Of a stretch of 53,414 nt of DNA, positions 18,955 through 30,000 are shown one piece after another. The first letter of the stretch is position 1. Each line of letters opens with the position of its first letter. Under the pieces are notes generated by a model. The model saw only the letters and a program-made list of their open reading frames with translations. It had not been told where the DNA came from and made no database searches. Position numbers and translations under genes: made by a program. Source of the stretch: a virus (taxonomy: Duplodnaviria; Caudoviricetes); IMG/VR virus record IMGVR_UViG_3300014208_000053, positions 1 to 53,414 of that record. One strand, given 5' to 3'.

Positions 18955-21195
18955 ATGGCACTCCCCCATCAGGTCGTCGTCTACATCAACGGGTATCGCT
19001 TCGACCCGGTCAACGTGACCGTGACCTTCTCTGCTCAAGAGGTCTGTACGTTCCAGGTCGATGTGCCGCCCGTGCCGGAGTGGGATCTGCTCCTGCCCCG
19101 CAGCCACGGCGCGGTGTTCTTCCTCGATCCGCTGACCAACGTCTACCGCCTGATGTGCGAGGGCGAATACGTCGGCCTCTCCCGTGGCAAGGTCGGCACT
19201 GGCCAGCGCACCCGCAGCCTGCTGTTCCGCGGTCTCCACGGCTTCATGGAGGACACGACCTTCTTCAACATCGTCGGCGTGATCGCCAGCTCCGGCGACA
19301 CCAACCAGCCGACCAGTGCGCTCGTGGCTGTCTCCGCTCGGGCCAACGGCAGCCTGATCAACCAGCCGATCACGGCCAACACCTTCAAGACCGTCGGCGT
19401 CGAGCAGATCATCAACAACGTGTCCCTGTCGGGCAATGTCTCGTCCGGCCTGCTCGAAATCCCGCGCCGCCTCATCGCGCAGACCCCTGTGGAGAGCTAC
19501 TACTTCTGGGCTCGCCGCATGGACCGGAAGATGTGGACCTTCCTCGACACCGATCTCAAAGCCGCAATGGACTACCAGCGGTGGTCTGACTTCCAGAAGA
19601 ACGCGCTCAACACCATGGGTCTCGGCCCGAGCTCGTCCCTGATGTCCGTGCTGCAGCGCTACGAAGAGCTGGCGTTCTACCAGCACCTGCCCATCCCGGC
19701 GCCGCCGCTCTACAAGACCAACGCGGTGAAGACCTCCGCTAATCCAGCGGACCAGATCACCGAAGCCGGCGCGCAGTCCTTCCAGGACAAGCTGGCAGTG
19801 GCCTATTCCTACTTCATCCCCGAGCTGCTGTTCGCGCCCTACCTCTACAACACCATCCCGCCGGCGTGCAACACGCTCTTCAACGATCAGATCAAGAGCG
19901 TGAGCGGCACGCTGGCGTTCGCCGCTGTCCCCACCCGACTCGTCGCCCAGCTCGCGCCGCCGGCCGCCTCGGTCACCGCGCTGCCGCTGCTGTACATGGC
20001 CAATGACCAGTACGACGTGCAGAACGTCTCCAACCAGGCCACGGGCATCAGCGCGCTCCAGCAGATCACCCACGGCATGTTCTCCGAAGAAGAGCTGGTC
20101 CGCGGCGTGCGAACGGTGTTCGATACCCTTCGCTATGAGAAGCTGCAGCCCAGTGGTGAAGGCTCCCTGGCGAGCGTGAACGCAGCCATCGCCCAGCGTG
20201 CCACGTTGCCGCGCACGATCGAGCTGATGGTGCGCCACGACTTCAACAAGGCCCGGGGCCAGAGCCGCGCGCTCTCCATCTCGTCAGTCTTCCAGCCCTA
20301 CCTGGTGCCTGGTTTCCCAGCGGTCATCGAGGACGGCAATCAGCCGTTCCGCTGCATGATCCAGACCGTGACCCACAGCATGTCTCCCGACGGCCAGCCG
20401 TCGACCACGATCGCGGTGACTCACGTCGAGGAACTGCTGCAGGTCGGCTCGGCCACGAAGACCGCGCCGCTGCCGGCCTACCTCAACTCGATCTACACCC
20501 CGGCCAAGATCGCGGACACCTACAAGAACCTGTTCGGCCCCAACCTGATGCAGGATGAGCAGACCCAGCCCTACGCCACGTCGGTGCCGCCGAGCCTGAT
20601 CAACCAGGCGCTCAAGAGCGACAACTTCGCCACCGACGTGACCAGCGTCGCCGGCTACACCATCCAGTCGGGCCAGGTGAACCTCGACAAGCTCCTCTCG
20701 GCCGTGGTCGACGTCCCCTACTACGACGACAAGGGCAACCGCCTGGGCAACGTGGCTGAAGCCGGTAGCTCGATCGGCAGTCAGCTGCGGCTCTCGGATC
20801 AGCCGCACGAGGCCTTCCTGAAGTATCAGTACCGAAGCGGCTGCAGCCTGCGGAACTGGATGATCATGCACAACCTGCAGACCAAGTCAGCGATCTCCAA
20901 CACCGGTATCGACCAGAATCCGCCGCTGAACATCGGCAACCCGATCTCCACCGACGGCGACGATGTCTTCGGTTCTCCCTCGTGGCTCGACCCCAACGTC
21001 AATCCCACGTCGCTCGAGAACTTCTCCTTCGAGTTCCCCCAATACGGCGCGTACAAGGCGGTCTCGAAGCCCTCCTTCCTTCCTGCCGTCGGACCCCAAG
21101 CTATCATCTCACCCATCCGGCAGCAGAAGACTTCGGCGATCCAGGCAGCCATCCTGCGTGGCGCGACGAACGACACCAAGCTGTCGGCCAAGTAG
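18955..21195 (+). CDS. Putative baseplate hub protein (gp27/GpD-like)
   Basis: N-terminal VYINGYRFDPVNVTVT..TFQVDVP; internal FQPYLVPGFPAVI...IQTVTHSMSPDGQPSTTI is typical of hub folds. Confidence 0.6.
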   Translation: MALPHQVVVYINGYRFDPVNVTVTFSAQEVCTFQVDVPPVPEWDLLLPRSHGAVFFLDPLTNVYRLMCEGEYVGLSRGKVGTGQRTRSLLFRGLHGFMEDTTFFNIVGVIASSGDTNQPTSALVAVSARANGSLINQPITANTFKTVGVEQIINNVSLSGNVSSGLLEIPRRLIAQTPVESYYFWARRMDRKMWTFLDTDLKAAMDYQRWSDFQKNALNTMGLGPSSSLMSVLQRYEELAFYQHLPIPAPPLYKTNAVKTSANPADQITEAGAQSFQDKLAVAYSYFIPELLFAPYLYNTIPPACNTLFNDQIKSVSGTLAFAAVPTRLVAQLAPPAASVTALPLLYMANDQYDVQNVSNQATGISALQQITHGMFSEEELVRGVRTVFDTLRYEKLQPSGEGSLASVNAAIAQRATLPRTIELMVRHDFNKARGQSRALSISSVFQPYLVPGFPAVIEDGNQPFRCMIQTVTHSMSPDGQPSTTIAVTHVEELLQVGSATKTAPLPAYLNSIYTPAKIADTYKNLFGPNLMQDEQTQPYATSVPPSLINQALKSDNFATDVTSVAGYTIQSGQVNLDKLLSAVVDVPYYDDKGNRLGNVAEAGSSIGSQLRLSDQPHEAFLKYQYRSGCSLRNWMIMHNLQTKSAISNTGIDQNPPLNIGNPISTDGDDVFGSPSWLDPNVNPTSLENFSFEFPQYGAYKAVSKPSFLPAVGPQAIISPIRQQKTSAIQAAILRGATNDTKLSAK

Positions 21196-21198
21196 CCC

Positions 21199-21981
21199 AT
21201 GACCTTCCGCCCTCTCCCCTCTGCCCCGATGTCAGAGACGCCTGCCCAGAAGGACACGCGCCTCTACGAGGAATGGCACGATGCCCCGACGGGTTGGACC
21301 AAGGACCAGGCCTTCGATCGGCTGACGAAGAACCTCGAGGGCGCAGTCATGTCGGCGGTCAACACTTACCGGGCTGCCCCGGTGCCGACGCAGACCATGG
21401 AACTCGAGGCCAAGCGCCTCGCCGGGCAGGCGATCAAGGACTGGGATCCGAAGGGAGGCATGCCCCTCGCCTCCTACATCGGAACCATGGTCCGCCAGCG
21501 TCTCTACCGCTGGGTCACCGCGCACCAGAACGTAGCGCGCATCCCCGAGGCTCAGGTCGGCCAGATCGGCCACTTCCAGCTCGCCATCAACGATCTCTCC
21601 AGCCGCTTCGGCCGCGAGCCGACAACCGATGAGATCGCCGAGCATATGTCGATCCACCCGAAGTACGTCAGCCGGCTGCGCCGCGCACTGCGCAGCGATC
21701 TCATCGCCAGCAACGCGATGGACGCTGAGGGCGACGAGGGATCGATGGCCGACAGCATCGAGGACATCCCGCATGACGTCGACTACGAGCGGGCGATGCT
21801 CGGCTATTACAGCCTGAATGAGCAGGAAAAGCACGTCTTCGACTACTCGCTCGGCGCGCACGGACAGCCCAAGCTGAAGCCCGGCGAGATCGCGGTGAAG
21901 CTGAAGCTCAGCCCGGCACGCATCAGCGCGCTGAAGGAATCCGTCGGCGCGAAGATCAAGCCGTACCTGCGGGCCGGCTGA
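21199..21981 (+). CDS. Sigma-70 family RNA polymerase sigma factor (regions 2, 3, 4)
   Basis: Region 2: AIKDWDPKGGMPLASYI..VRQ...VARIP. Region 3: FGREPTTDEIAEHM. Region 4 HTH: LNEQEKHVF...EIAVKLKLSPARIS. Confidence 0.85.
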   Translation: MTFRPLPSAPMSETPAQKDTRLYEEWHDAPTGWTKDQAFDRLTKNLEGAVMSAVNTYRAAPVPTQTMELEAKRLAGQAIKDWDPKGGMPLASYIGTMVRQRLYRWVTAHQNVARIPEAQVGQIGHFQLAINDLSSRFGREPTTDEIAEHMSIHPKYVSRLRRALRSDLIASNAMDAEGDEGSMADSIEDIPHDVDYERAMLGYYSLNEQEKHVFDYSLGAHGQPKLKPGEIAVKLKLSPARISALKESVGAKIKPYLRAG

Positions 21982-21982
21982 C

Positions 21983-24520
21983 ATGGCGTTCCTCGATCCG
22001 CTGGCCCAGAGCGACCTGCAAGGCTTCTCCGCGCTGCAGCAGGGAAGCGATGCCCTGCAGCGTCTCAGCGACAACGCGGCGCTGATCAACGGCTTCACCG
22101 ACACTGACGACCCGCAGGCCTTGATCGCGAGCATGGTCGGCGGCAGCGGGCTGACCGGCTGTCTCACCGAGCTGGTCACGGGCCTCGTGACCGCCCAGTA
22201 CGTCGGAGGCTACGGCGACTCGGCCTTCGGCGCCTACCTGCTCGACCTGCTCATCTCGCCCGTGGCCGAGTTCGGCAGCCTGCTTTCAGCGCTCTTCATC
22301 CCGGGCGGCAGCACGGTCCCTGACGACTTCGAGTTCTGGAGCGCTGCCAACCTGCAGAACATCGGGCAGGCCTTCCTGAATCCGTTCACATCACTGTGGA
22401 TGGGCCAGTTCAACGTGCTGGCCTCGTCCTTCGACGAGTTCGTTCGCGGCGTGTTCTGGGACAACAGCACGGACCAGACCGGCAACCAATCGCTGACGCA
22501 GCAGATCACCGATCGCGTCTCGCTCGCCGTGCACCAGCTGTTCCTCAGCGGCGAGAATGTCGTGGGCGGCATCGGCGGCATGCTGCTCTTCGCCATCTTC
22601 GAAGGCATCCCGGCCCTCGAGGCCGAGATCACCTACATCAAGAAGCTCAAGTCGTCGATGAACAAGTTGCTTGGCCAGGCGTGCAAGCTGCCGCCATCGA
22701 TGCTGCCCGGCCTGCCCAACGCGATCATCACCGAGCACCTGTGCCGCGCGCTCAAGGAGCTGGAGGTCGTCCGCAACACGCTCTCGCAGAATAACAAGCT
22801 CGACATCGGCCGGTTCAACACCGCGACATCCGAGACCTGCCTGGCGAAGGACTCGATCTACGACCCATCGAAGGGTCTCGACGGCAACCTCGCGGGCCAG
22901 TTCAAGAACCTGTTCGGGCTCGACGACAAGCAGTTCAACACCCTGCGTGATTTCAGCAAAGGCAAGGTCGGCGCGCTCATGCCCGATCCGCGCTTCCGGC
23001 TGCAGACGATCCTCGTGCAGAAGTACAACGGACTGATCCAGGCGACCGATCCGCAGCTCCTGAAGTTCCACGAGAACATGAAGGAGTTCAACGCCACCTT
23101 GGATGGCTTCGGCGCGCTCTACCTGGGCGACGTGTTCTCCCGCATCGTCGAGCTGCTGCGCCGGCAGATCCAGATGATCAAGACCCAGCTCGATGCTGAC
23201 GCGGCTGGATTTTCTGTCCAATCCGACGTGCAGAGCATCGCTGAGCTGCGGCCCTATGGCTCGGTGCGCCAGCAGTGGGATTACAACAACAACTGGGGTC
23301 CGGGCGTCGGCGGCACGACAGGCCTGCCCACGCAGAAGCCCTACGACCAGACCTACCAGCAGGCCAAGGCCAACACCGTCAACCAGTACGGCAATCCCAA
23401 CGCCAGCGCGCAGCAGGTCGACGAGGCGTTCAATCGCTCAGTGAATCAGAAGCCCGTCGATCCGTCGAACCCCAACTACAACTCCGACGGCTCGGTGCGC
23501 GTCGCCACCACGCAGACCGGCGCGCTGATGGTCAGCACCGACGTGCAGAGCCAGGGCTCGGACATCTACTCCTACATCTCCACCCAGGCCAATGCCTACG
23601 TCATCCTGACGAGCATGTGCTTCATCATGGGTCAGATGCAGAAGCTGTTCAAAGGCGTCCAGTCGATCCTGTCGGCCAACGACCGGGTCATGCTCGCGAT
23701 CAAGAAGTTCGTCTATAGCTATGGCGTGAACGCCTGCGGCGACCCGTACGGCGCCAATGACATCAACGCCAACGTGCTGAAGTTCATGCAGGTCGCCGAG
23801 GCCCGCCTGGCCGGCAGCGTGCGGACGAACCAGCCGGTGCAGGACGCCTACAAGGGCGTGGTCCTCGCCTGCGACAAGCACGAAAAGTTCCTGCTCTGCA
23901 TGCGCCGGGAGATCAACAACTTCCTCAAGTACCTGGGCCTGAGCACCCAGCTGATCGCAGCGCTGATGAACCTGATCGCTGTGGCGCGCACGGTCTACCA
24001 GCTCTACCAGGCGCTCGCCTCGCTCGACCTCCTGGGCATGTTCAAGTTCCGCTGGTCCCTCAGCCGGGCCAACATCCTCGACGTGCTGCTGAAGGCCCTG
24101 CAGTGCCTGGTCCTCCAGTGCAACAATCCCTTCATGTCCTCGCTGGCTCGCATGGCCGCGGCCCGGTTCCAGAGCCAGAAGAACAACGAGCGATCGAAGG
24201 CCGTCACCATGGCGATGATGGACGAGGGTCCGTCGGTGGCCCAGAAGATGGGCAACAACAACAGGCTGCAGGCCCTGTTCAAGCTGATCCAGGCCATCCA
24301 GAAGCTGACCTCGATCAACATCGACGACCTGTGCTCGATCAGCACCAAGGCAGTGCCCTCGTCGAAGACCCAGTCCGCGCAGTCCGCTGCGATCCAGGCT
24401 GCGACGGCCGCCGCGGCCGGCACCACCGGCATCGACACCCAGTACGACAAGCTGATCCTCGAGAACCAGCAGACCCAGCAGGCCGCCGGCGCGGCACAGC
24501 CCTTCACCGCGTTCGCCTGA
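21983..24520 (+). CDS. Large helical hypothetical protein
   Basis: 845 aa; clear coding bias; hydrophobic helices and a Q/N-rich insertion; no family recognised. Confidence 0.75.
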   Translation: MAFLDPLAQSDLQGFSALQQGSDALQRLSDNAALINGFTDTDDPQALIASMVGGSGLTGCLTELVTGLVTAQYVGGYGDSAFGAYLLDLLISPVAEFGSLLSALFIPGGSTVPDDFEFWSAANLQNIGQAFLNPFTSLWMGQFNVLASSFDEFVRGVFWDNSTDQTGNQSLTQQITDRVSLAVHQLFLSGENVVGGIGGMLLFAIFEGIPALEAEITYIKKLKSSMNKLLGQACKLPPSMLPGLPNAIITEHLCRALKELEVVRNTLSQNNKLDIGRFNTATSETCLAKDSIYDPSKGLDGNLAGQFKNLFGLDDKQFNTLRDFSKGKVGALMPDPRFRLQTILVQKYNGLIQATDPQLLKFHENMKEFNATLDGFGALYLGDVFSRIVELLRRQIQMIKTQLDADAAGFSVQSDVQSIAELRPYGSVRQQWDYNNNWGPGVGGTTGLPTQKPYDQTYQQAKANTVNQYGNPNASAQQVDEAFNRSVNQKPVDPSNPNYNSDGSVRVATTQTGALMVSTDVQSQGSDIYSYISTQANAYVILTSMCFIMGQMQKLFKGVQSILSANDRVMLAIKKFVYSYGVNACGDPYGANDINANVLKFMQVAEARLAGSVRTNQPVQDAYKGVVLACDKHEKFLLCMRREINNFLKYLGLSTQLIAALMNLIAVARTVYQLYQALASLDLLGMFKFRWSLSRANILDVLLKALQCLVLQCNNPFMSSLARMAAARFQSQKNNERSKAVTMAMMDEGPSVAQKMGNNNRLQALFKLIQAIQKLTSINIDDLCSISTKAVPSSKTQSAQSAAIQAATAAAAGTTGIDTQYDKLILENQQTQQAAGAAQPFTAFA

Positions 24521-24528
24521 TAGGCCCC

Positions 24529-24556
24529 TGGCCTGTCGGCCAGCACCGGCTAGGAT
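24529..24556 (+). promoter_or_regulatory. Putative promoter of the RNA polymerase gene
   Basis: TGGCCT-16 nt-TAGGAT, ATG 6 nt downstream. Confidence 0.45.
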
Positions 24557-24562
24557 CTCGCC

Positions 24563-27010
24563 ATGCCCGTCGATCCCGATGCCTTCAAGGGCACCTCCTT
24601 CGCAGCCGTAAATCGCGAACTGGTCGGTCGTACCATCGAATCGGTGGCGAAGATCTTCCCGATGAAGACCGAGGATGGGAAGCTCGAGGTCCGAGCGACC
24701 AACGTCAAGATCGATGACACCAAGCACGACCCCTACGACCTGAACGCCTGGCAGGCGGCCCGGGAGCAGGGCGGCTCGGTGACGGCGCCGGTGACGGCCG
24801 ATCTGGCCCTCTACCGCGACGGCAAGCGGGTGCAGACCCGCAGCAACGCCAAGATCGGTGAGCTGCCGCTCATGGGGTCCACCGGCACCTTCATGGTCGG
24901 CGGCAACGACTGGTTCACGCCCTTCGCCCAGTTCCGCCTCAAGCCCGGCATCTACTCGCGACAGAAGGTCAACGGCGAGTACGAGTCGTTCATGCCCATG
25001 CAGGGCGCCTCGATGACGGTGTGGATGGACCCGGCCAAGGGCCAGTTCAAGCTCTCCCACGGCTCGACCAACGTCGGGCTCTACCCGGTGCTCAAGGCCC
25101 TGGGCAAGACCGATGAAGAGATCATCCAGGCCTGGGGCGGCGACCAGCGGGCGCGCGAGCTGCTCGAGCAGAACAAGGTCGACCGCGGCGAAAAGGACAT
25201 CGACAAGCTGTTCGAATCCGTCTTCCACCTGAAGCAGAACCGCGACCTGCTCAAGGGTGGCGTCATCAAGGTCGATGAGAGCCTTTCCGGTGTCGACCAG
25301 GCGGGCAAGATCACCGCGCTCAAGCAGTGGATCGATTCAAAGCACCTCGACCCCTACGTCACCAAGAAGACCGTCGGCCAGCCGATCGACAAGCCGAACG
25401 AGACTGCCTTCATGCTGGCCTCGCGGAAGATCCTCGACGTGCAGCGCGGCGACGCCGACCCTGACATCCGCGACTCGCCCCATTTCAAGACGGCCCACAA
25501 CATCGCCGACCTGATGGCTGAGCGTGTCGAGCGCAACGCCTGGCGCATGCAGAAGAAGCTCTTCCAGCGCCTGCGGAAGGGCGACGACGTCACCCTCGGC
25601 GAAGCCATGGGTCCTGCCTTCCTCGAACCGCTCACCACCGGGTTCTTCGGCGGCGCCGGCGGCATCGAAGGTGGCATGGCCCACACGGCTGAGGGCGCGA
25701 ACCCGCTGGCCCTGGCCAGCGAGCAGTCCAAGACCACGTTCATGGGGCCTGGCGGCATCATGGACATGCACGCGGTTTCGAAGGAGTCGCGCCTGTTCCA
25801 GCCTGGTGCGCTGGGCTTCATCGATCCAGTCCACAGCCCGGAAGGTGCTGCCGTCGGACTGAACGTCCACGCGGTGGCCAACGCCCGCAAGTCGGGCAAC
25901 ACCCTCGTCGCCCGGTTCATCCCGGTGCTCAACGGCCGGGCCAAGTGGGACCAGCGCAGCGTGCTCTCCGTCGAGGACGCGAACGACACCACGATCGGAT
26001 ACCCCGAGTTCTGGGATGAGAAGACTGGCCTGCCGGTCGACCCCTACACCGGCGAGAAGAACCCGCAGACGGTGCGTGCGAACCGGGACAACGAGATCCT
26101 CGAGGTTCACCCGACCGAGGTGAAGTACCTGTTGCCCAAGGGCACCGACGCCTTCGACCATGTCGGCAACGCTGCCGGCTTCTTCGCCAACACGCACCCC
26201 AACCGCGGCATGATGGCTGGCAAGCACATCACCCAGGCCCTGCCGCTGGTCTACCGCGAGCTGCCCCTGTCGACGCTGAAGACCAGCGATGGCAAGGATG
26301 TGATGACTGTGCTCGGTCACGGCAGCACTGTGAGCGCCCGTAACCCCGGCACCGTGACCAAGATCACCGAGAACGGCATCTGGGTCGATGGCGTGAAGCA
26401 CGCGATCTTCGACCGCTACCCGATGCAGGCCAAGGTGTCGATCGACCACACCCCGGTGGTGAAGGTCGGCGACGTCGTCAAGAAGGGCGATCTGCTGGCG
26501 GACTCGAACTACACCAAGGATGGCCAGCTCGCCCTCGGCGTGAACCTCCGCTCGGCCTACATCCCGTGGAAGAACGCGTCGAACTACGAGGACGCGATCG
26601 TCATCAGCGAGACCGCTGCGAAGAAGCTCACCAGCGACCACACCCACCGCCATGAGCTGATCCTCGACGAGGGAATCAAGGTCGACCCCAAGCTGTTCAT
26701 TGCCCAGTTCCCGACCCTGCTGACCCGTGAGATGGTCGGAAAGCTCGGCACTGACGGTGTGGTCCAGGAAGGCCAGGAGGTCAAGCCCGGCGACGTGCTG
26801 ATCGCTGCCGTCCGTGCCCGCAAGTACGACGAGTACGACCGCTCAGCGAAGAACCTCTCCAGCATCCACAAGATGCTCGAGCGGCCGTGGCTCGACGCGA
26901 GCGTGAAGTGGGATGAGGACTACATCGGCAAGGTCAACCGCATCGTGCGGTCGCCGGACAAGATCGAGATCCACATCCAGACCGCTGAGCCCATGCGCGT
27001 CGGCGACTAG
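24563..27010 (+). CDS. rpoB: Multisubunit-type RNA polymerase beta subunit, N-terminal part (ends at an in-frame TAG)
   Basis: GELPLMGSTGTF, IDPVHSPEG..VGL, RGMMAG....QALPL, LALGVNL..AYIPW...NYEDAIVISE; ends MRVGD*. Confidence 0.92.
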   Translation: MPVDPDAFKGTSFAAVNRELVGRTIESVAKIFPMKTEDGKLEVRATNVKIDDTKHDPYDLNAWQAAREQGGSVTAPVTADLALYRDGKRVQTRSNAKIGELPLMGSTGTFMVGGNDWFTPFAQFRLKPGIYSRQKVNGEYESFMPMQGASMTVWMDPAKGQFKLSHGSTNVGLYPVLKALGKTDEEIIQAWGGDQRARELLEQNKVDRGEKDIDKLFESVFHLKQNRDLLKGGVIKVDESLSGVDQAGKITALKQWIDSKHLDPYVTKKTVGQPIDKPNETAFMLASRKILDVQRGDADPDIRDSPHFKTAHNIADLMAERVERNAWRMQKKLFQRLRKGDDVTLGEAMGPAFLEPLTTGFFGGAGGIEGGMAHTAEGANPLALASEQSKTTFMGPGGIMDMHAVSKESRLFQPGALGFIDPVHSPEGAAVGLNVHAVANARKSGNTLVARFIPVLNGRAKWDQRSVLSVEDANDTTIGYPEFWDEKTGLPVDPYTGEKNPQTVRANRDNEILEVHPTEVKYLLPKGTDAFDHVGNAAGFFANTHPNRGMMAGKHITQALPLVYRELPLSTLKTSDGKDVMTVLGHGSTVSARNPGTVTKITENGIWVDGVKHAIFDRYPMQAKVSIDHTPVVKVGDVVKKGDLLADSNYTKDGQLALGVNLRSAYIPWKNASNYEDAIVISETAAKKLTSDHTHRHELILDEGIKVDPKLFIAQFPTLLTREMVGKLGTDGVVQEGQEVKPGDVLIAAVRARKYDEYDRSAKNLSSIHKMLERPWLDASVKWDEDYIGKVNRIVRSPDKIEIHIQTAEPMRVGD

Positions 27011-27016
27011 CTCTCG

Positions 27017-30000
27017 ATGGGATCAGCTGCCAAGGGCACGATCGCAGAGATCACCCCCGACCACGAGATGCCGACCGATGAGAAGGGCCGGCCGCTCGAG
27101 GTCATCTTCAACCCCCACGGCGTCTCCGGCCGCATCAACCCGTCGCAGACGCTCGAGCAGGCCGTCGGCAAGCTCGTGCGCGACCACGGGGTGAAGTTCG
27201 ACCACGTCAACTTCGGCGACAACAAGGTCGCCGATCGCGTGCAGGCCCTGCTCGATGAGCACAAGGTGAAGCACGAGGAACGGCTGTTCGATCCGGTCGA
27301 GGGCCGGCACATCGAGAACCCCGTTCCGGTCGGCTACAACTACGTCTACAAGCTCGATCACCCGGTGCGCAAGAAGTTCAGCGCCCGCACGCGTGACGGC
27401 TACACGATGGACGAGGCGCCGACGGCCGGCCGCGGCAAGGGCGGCCAGTCCTTCGACGGCCTGCAGACCTACGCCCTGCTGGGCCATAACGCCCACGCCA
27501 TCCTCGGCGAGAGCATGGGCGTGCGTGGGGCGAAGAACGACGACTACTGGGTGGCCTACCAGGCGGGCGAGAAGCCGCCGGCGCCGAAGGTGCCGTTCGT
27601 CTTCGAGAAGCTGCGCGCGATGATGGCGGCCTCGGGTATCGACTCGCAGCAGCACGGCAACGCTCTGCACTTCATGCCGATGACCGACGCGAACACGTTG
27701 AAGCGTTCGAACGGCGAGATCCAGAAGGCGAGCCTGGTGCGCGCGAAGGACCTTGCTGAAGAGAAGGGCGGGCTGTTCGACGTCGCCACCACCGGCGGCC
27801 TCAAGGGCGACAAGTGGTCGCACATCGACCTCGGCCGCAAGGTGCCGCATCCGCTCTACGAGAAGGTCATCAAGGATCTCCTCGACCTGAAGACCGCCGA
27901 CTACCTCGGGGTCATCGGCCACACCCGGCACTACAACGCCGAGACCGGCGAGTTCAGCGACCAGCCTGGTTCGAACACCACGACCGGTGAGGCCGCTTTC
28001 CGCGCAATGTTGGACTTTGACCCTGCCGAGCGGTTCAAGGAGGTGCAGAAGAAGGCTCGCACCGCCAGCGGGTCAGACCTCAACCGGCTCAACCGGGCGG
28101 CGCGCTACCTGAAGGGGCTGCAGGACGTGCGGCAGAAGCCGTTCGACGCCTACATGATTTCTCAGGTACCAGTTATCCCTCCGATGTACCGCCCGGTCAT
28201 TGAGCAGCGGAATGGCGGCCTGCGGGTCGCGGACTCGAACCTGCTCTACCGCGACCTGATCCTCACCCGCGACACCCTGCAGAAGGGCGAACAGGAAGGC
28301 TCCCTTTCAACCCAGGACCTCGCGAAGGCCCGGGTGAGCCTCTACGACGCCTACGGGGCTTTGGTCGGCGTAGGGAAAAGCCTGACGCATCGCCGGGACG
28401 CCGACCTGCGGGGCTTCGTCGACGTCATCAAGGGCAAGAACAACAAGGAGGGGCTGTTCCAGCAGCAGCTCTCCCGCCGGCGCAACGACTACACCGGCCG
28501 GTCGACCATCGAATCGGATGCTACCCTCGGCCCCGACGAGGCTGCCATCCCCGAAGACATGGCCTGGAAGATCTACCAGCCGGCCATCGTCCGGCGCCTG
28601 GCCCAGCTGGGCTGGAAGCCCGCCGACGCGATGCGCGAGGTCGAGCGCAAAGGCCTCATCGCCCGCAACGCTCTCGATGAGGAGCTGCGCACTCGGCCCA
28701 TCCTGCTCAACCGCGCGCCGTCGCTGCACCGCTGGAGCGTGTTGGCAGCGATGCCGAAGATCCACAGCGGCAAGGAAGTTCGCATCAGCCCGTTCGTGCT
28801 CGGCCCGTTCAACGCCGACATGGATGGCGACACGATGTCGGTGTTCGCGCCGCTGAGCGACAAGGGCAAGCGTGAGGCCCACGACCTCCTGCCGTCGCGG
28901 AACCTGTGGTACGACAAGGACCGCAGCCTCGCCTTCGCCGTCGACAAGGACGTCATCACCGGTCTGTTCGCCCTGACCCGCCGCGGGGTCAACAGCGGCA
29001 AGACCTACCCGACGCGCCAGGCCGCCCTCGACGCCTACAAGAACAACAAGGACGGGCTGCGCATGGACAGCCTCGTCATGATCGATGACGAGAAGAATCA
29101 GAACCTGCAGGCCGTCGGCTGGATGATCTTCGAGGGCATCGTTCCCGTGCGGTTCCTCAGCGGCATCGCGCCGCCGATCGACGGTAAGAAGCTCGCCACC
29201 ATCCTCGATCGCATCGCGAAGGAATCGCCGGCCGATTTCAACAACCTGGGGCGCAAGCTCCAGTCGGCCGGCTTCGCTTTCGCGGCCCGTGCCGGCGGCA
29301 TCGGCGGCACGGTGCAGGAGCTGGCGATCGACCGCACCAAGATCAACGCGCTGCTCGGTCAGATCGATCGCGCTGTGAAGCAGGGCAAGGGCCTCGACGA
29401 GAAGCGAAAGCTCGCGCTCGAGACCTTTGCGAAGGTGAAGCCCGAGCTCGACTCGATCATCTCCGACCACCTCGACACCATCGGCCTCGGCGGCTCGGTG
29501 TTCCTGGCTGCCAAGCCGTCGAGCAAGCTCGGCATGGATTCCTACCGCCAGATGGTCGCCAGCCCGGTGATGGTCACCGACGCCCGCGACCGTGCTATCC
29601 CGTCGGTGATCAAGTCGAGCTACGGTGGCGGCATGCTGCTGAGCGACTACATCATGGCCACGCCCGGCGCGCGGTCGGGCATGGTCGACAAGGGTCTCTC
29701 CGTGGCTGGCCCTGGCTTCCTCACCAAGGAGCTGGCGGGCAACCTCGGCCCCGTGCGAATCGAGATCAAAGACTGTGGCACCCAGGAAGGTATCCAGATC
29801 CCGCTCGATCCGCCAGAAGGCGTGAAGCAGCACGACGCTGATCTGCTCGATCGTCACCTGCTGCACGACATCCCGGGCACGAGCTTCAAGCGCAACGACG
29901 TGGTCACGCCCGAGATGCTCGCGAAGATGCGCGATGCGAAGGTGACCAGCGTCATGGTCCGCAGCCCGATGACTTGCGAAGCGGATTCGCCGCCCTGCCA

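Noticed and set aside
28000-28400. Local codon-usage shift inside RNAP as a possible intron or intein
   Set aside because: The frame is continuous and aligns to beta' motifs (VPVIPPMYRP) without an insertion.
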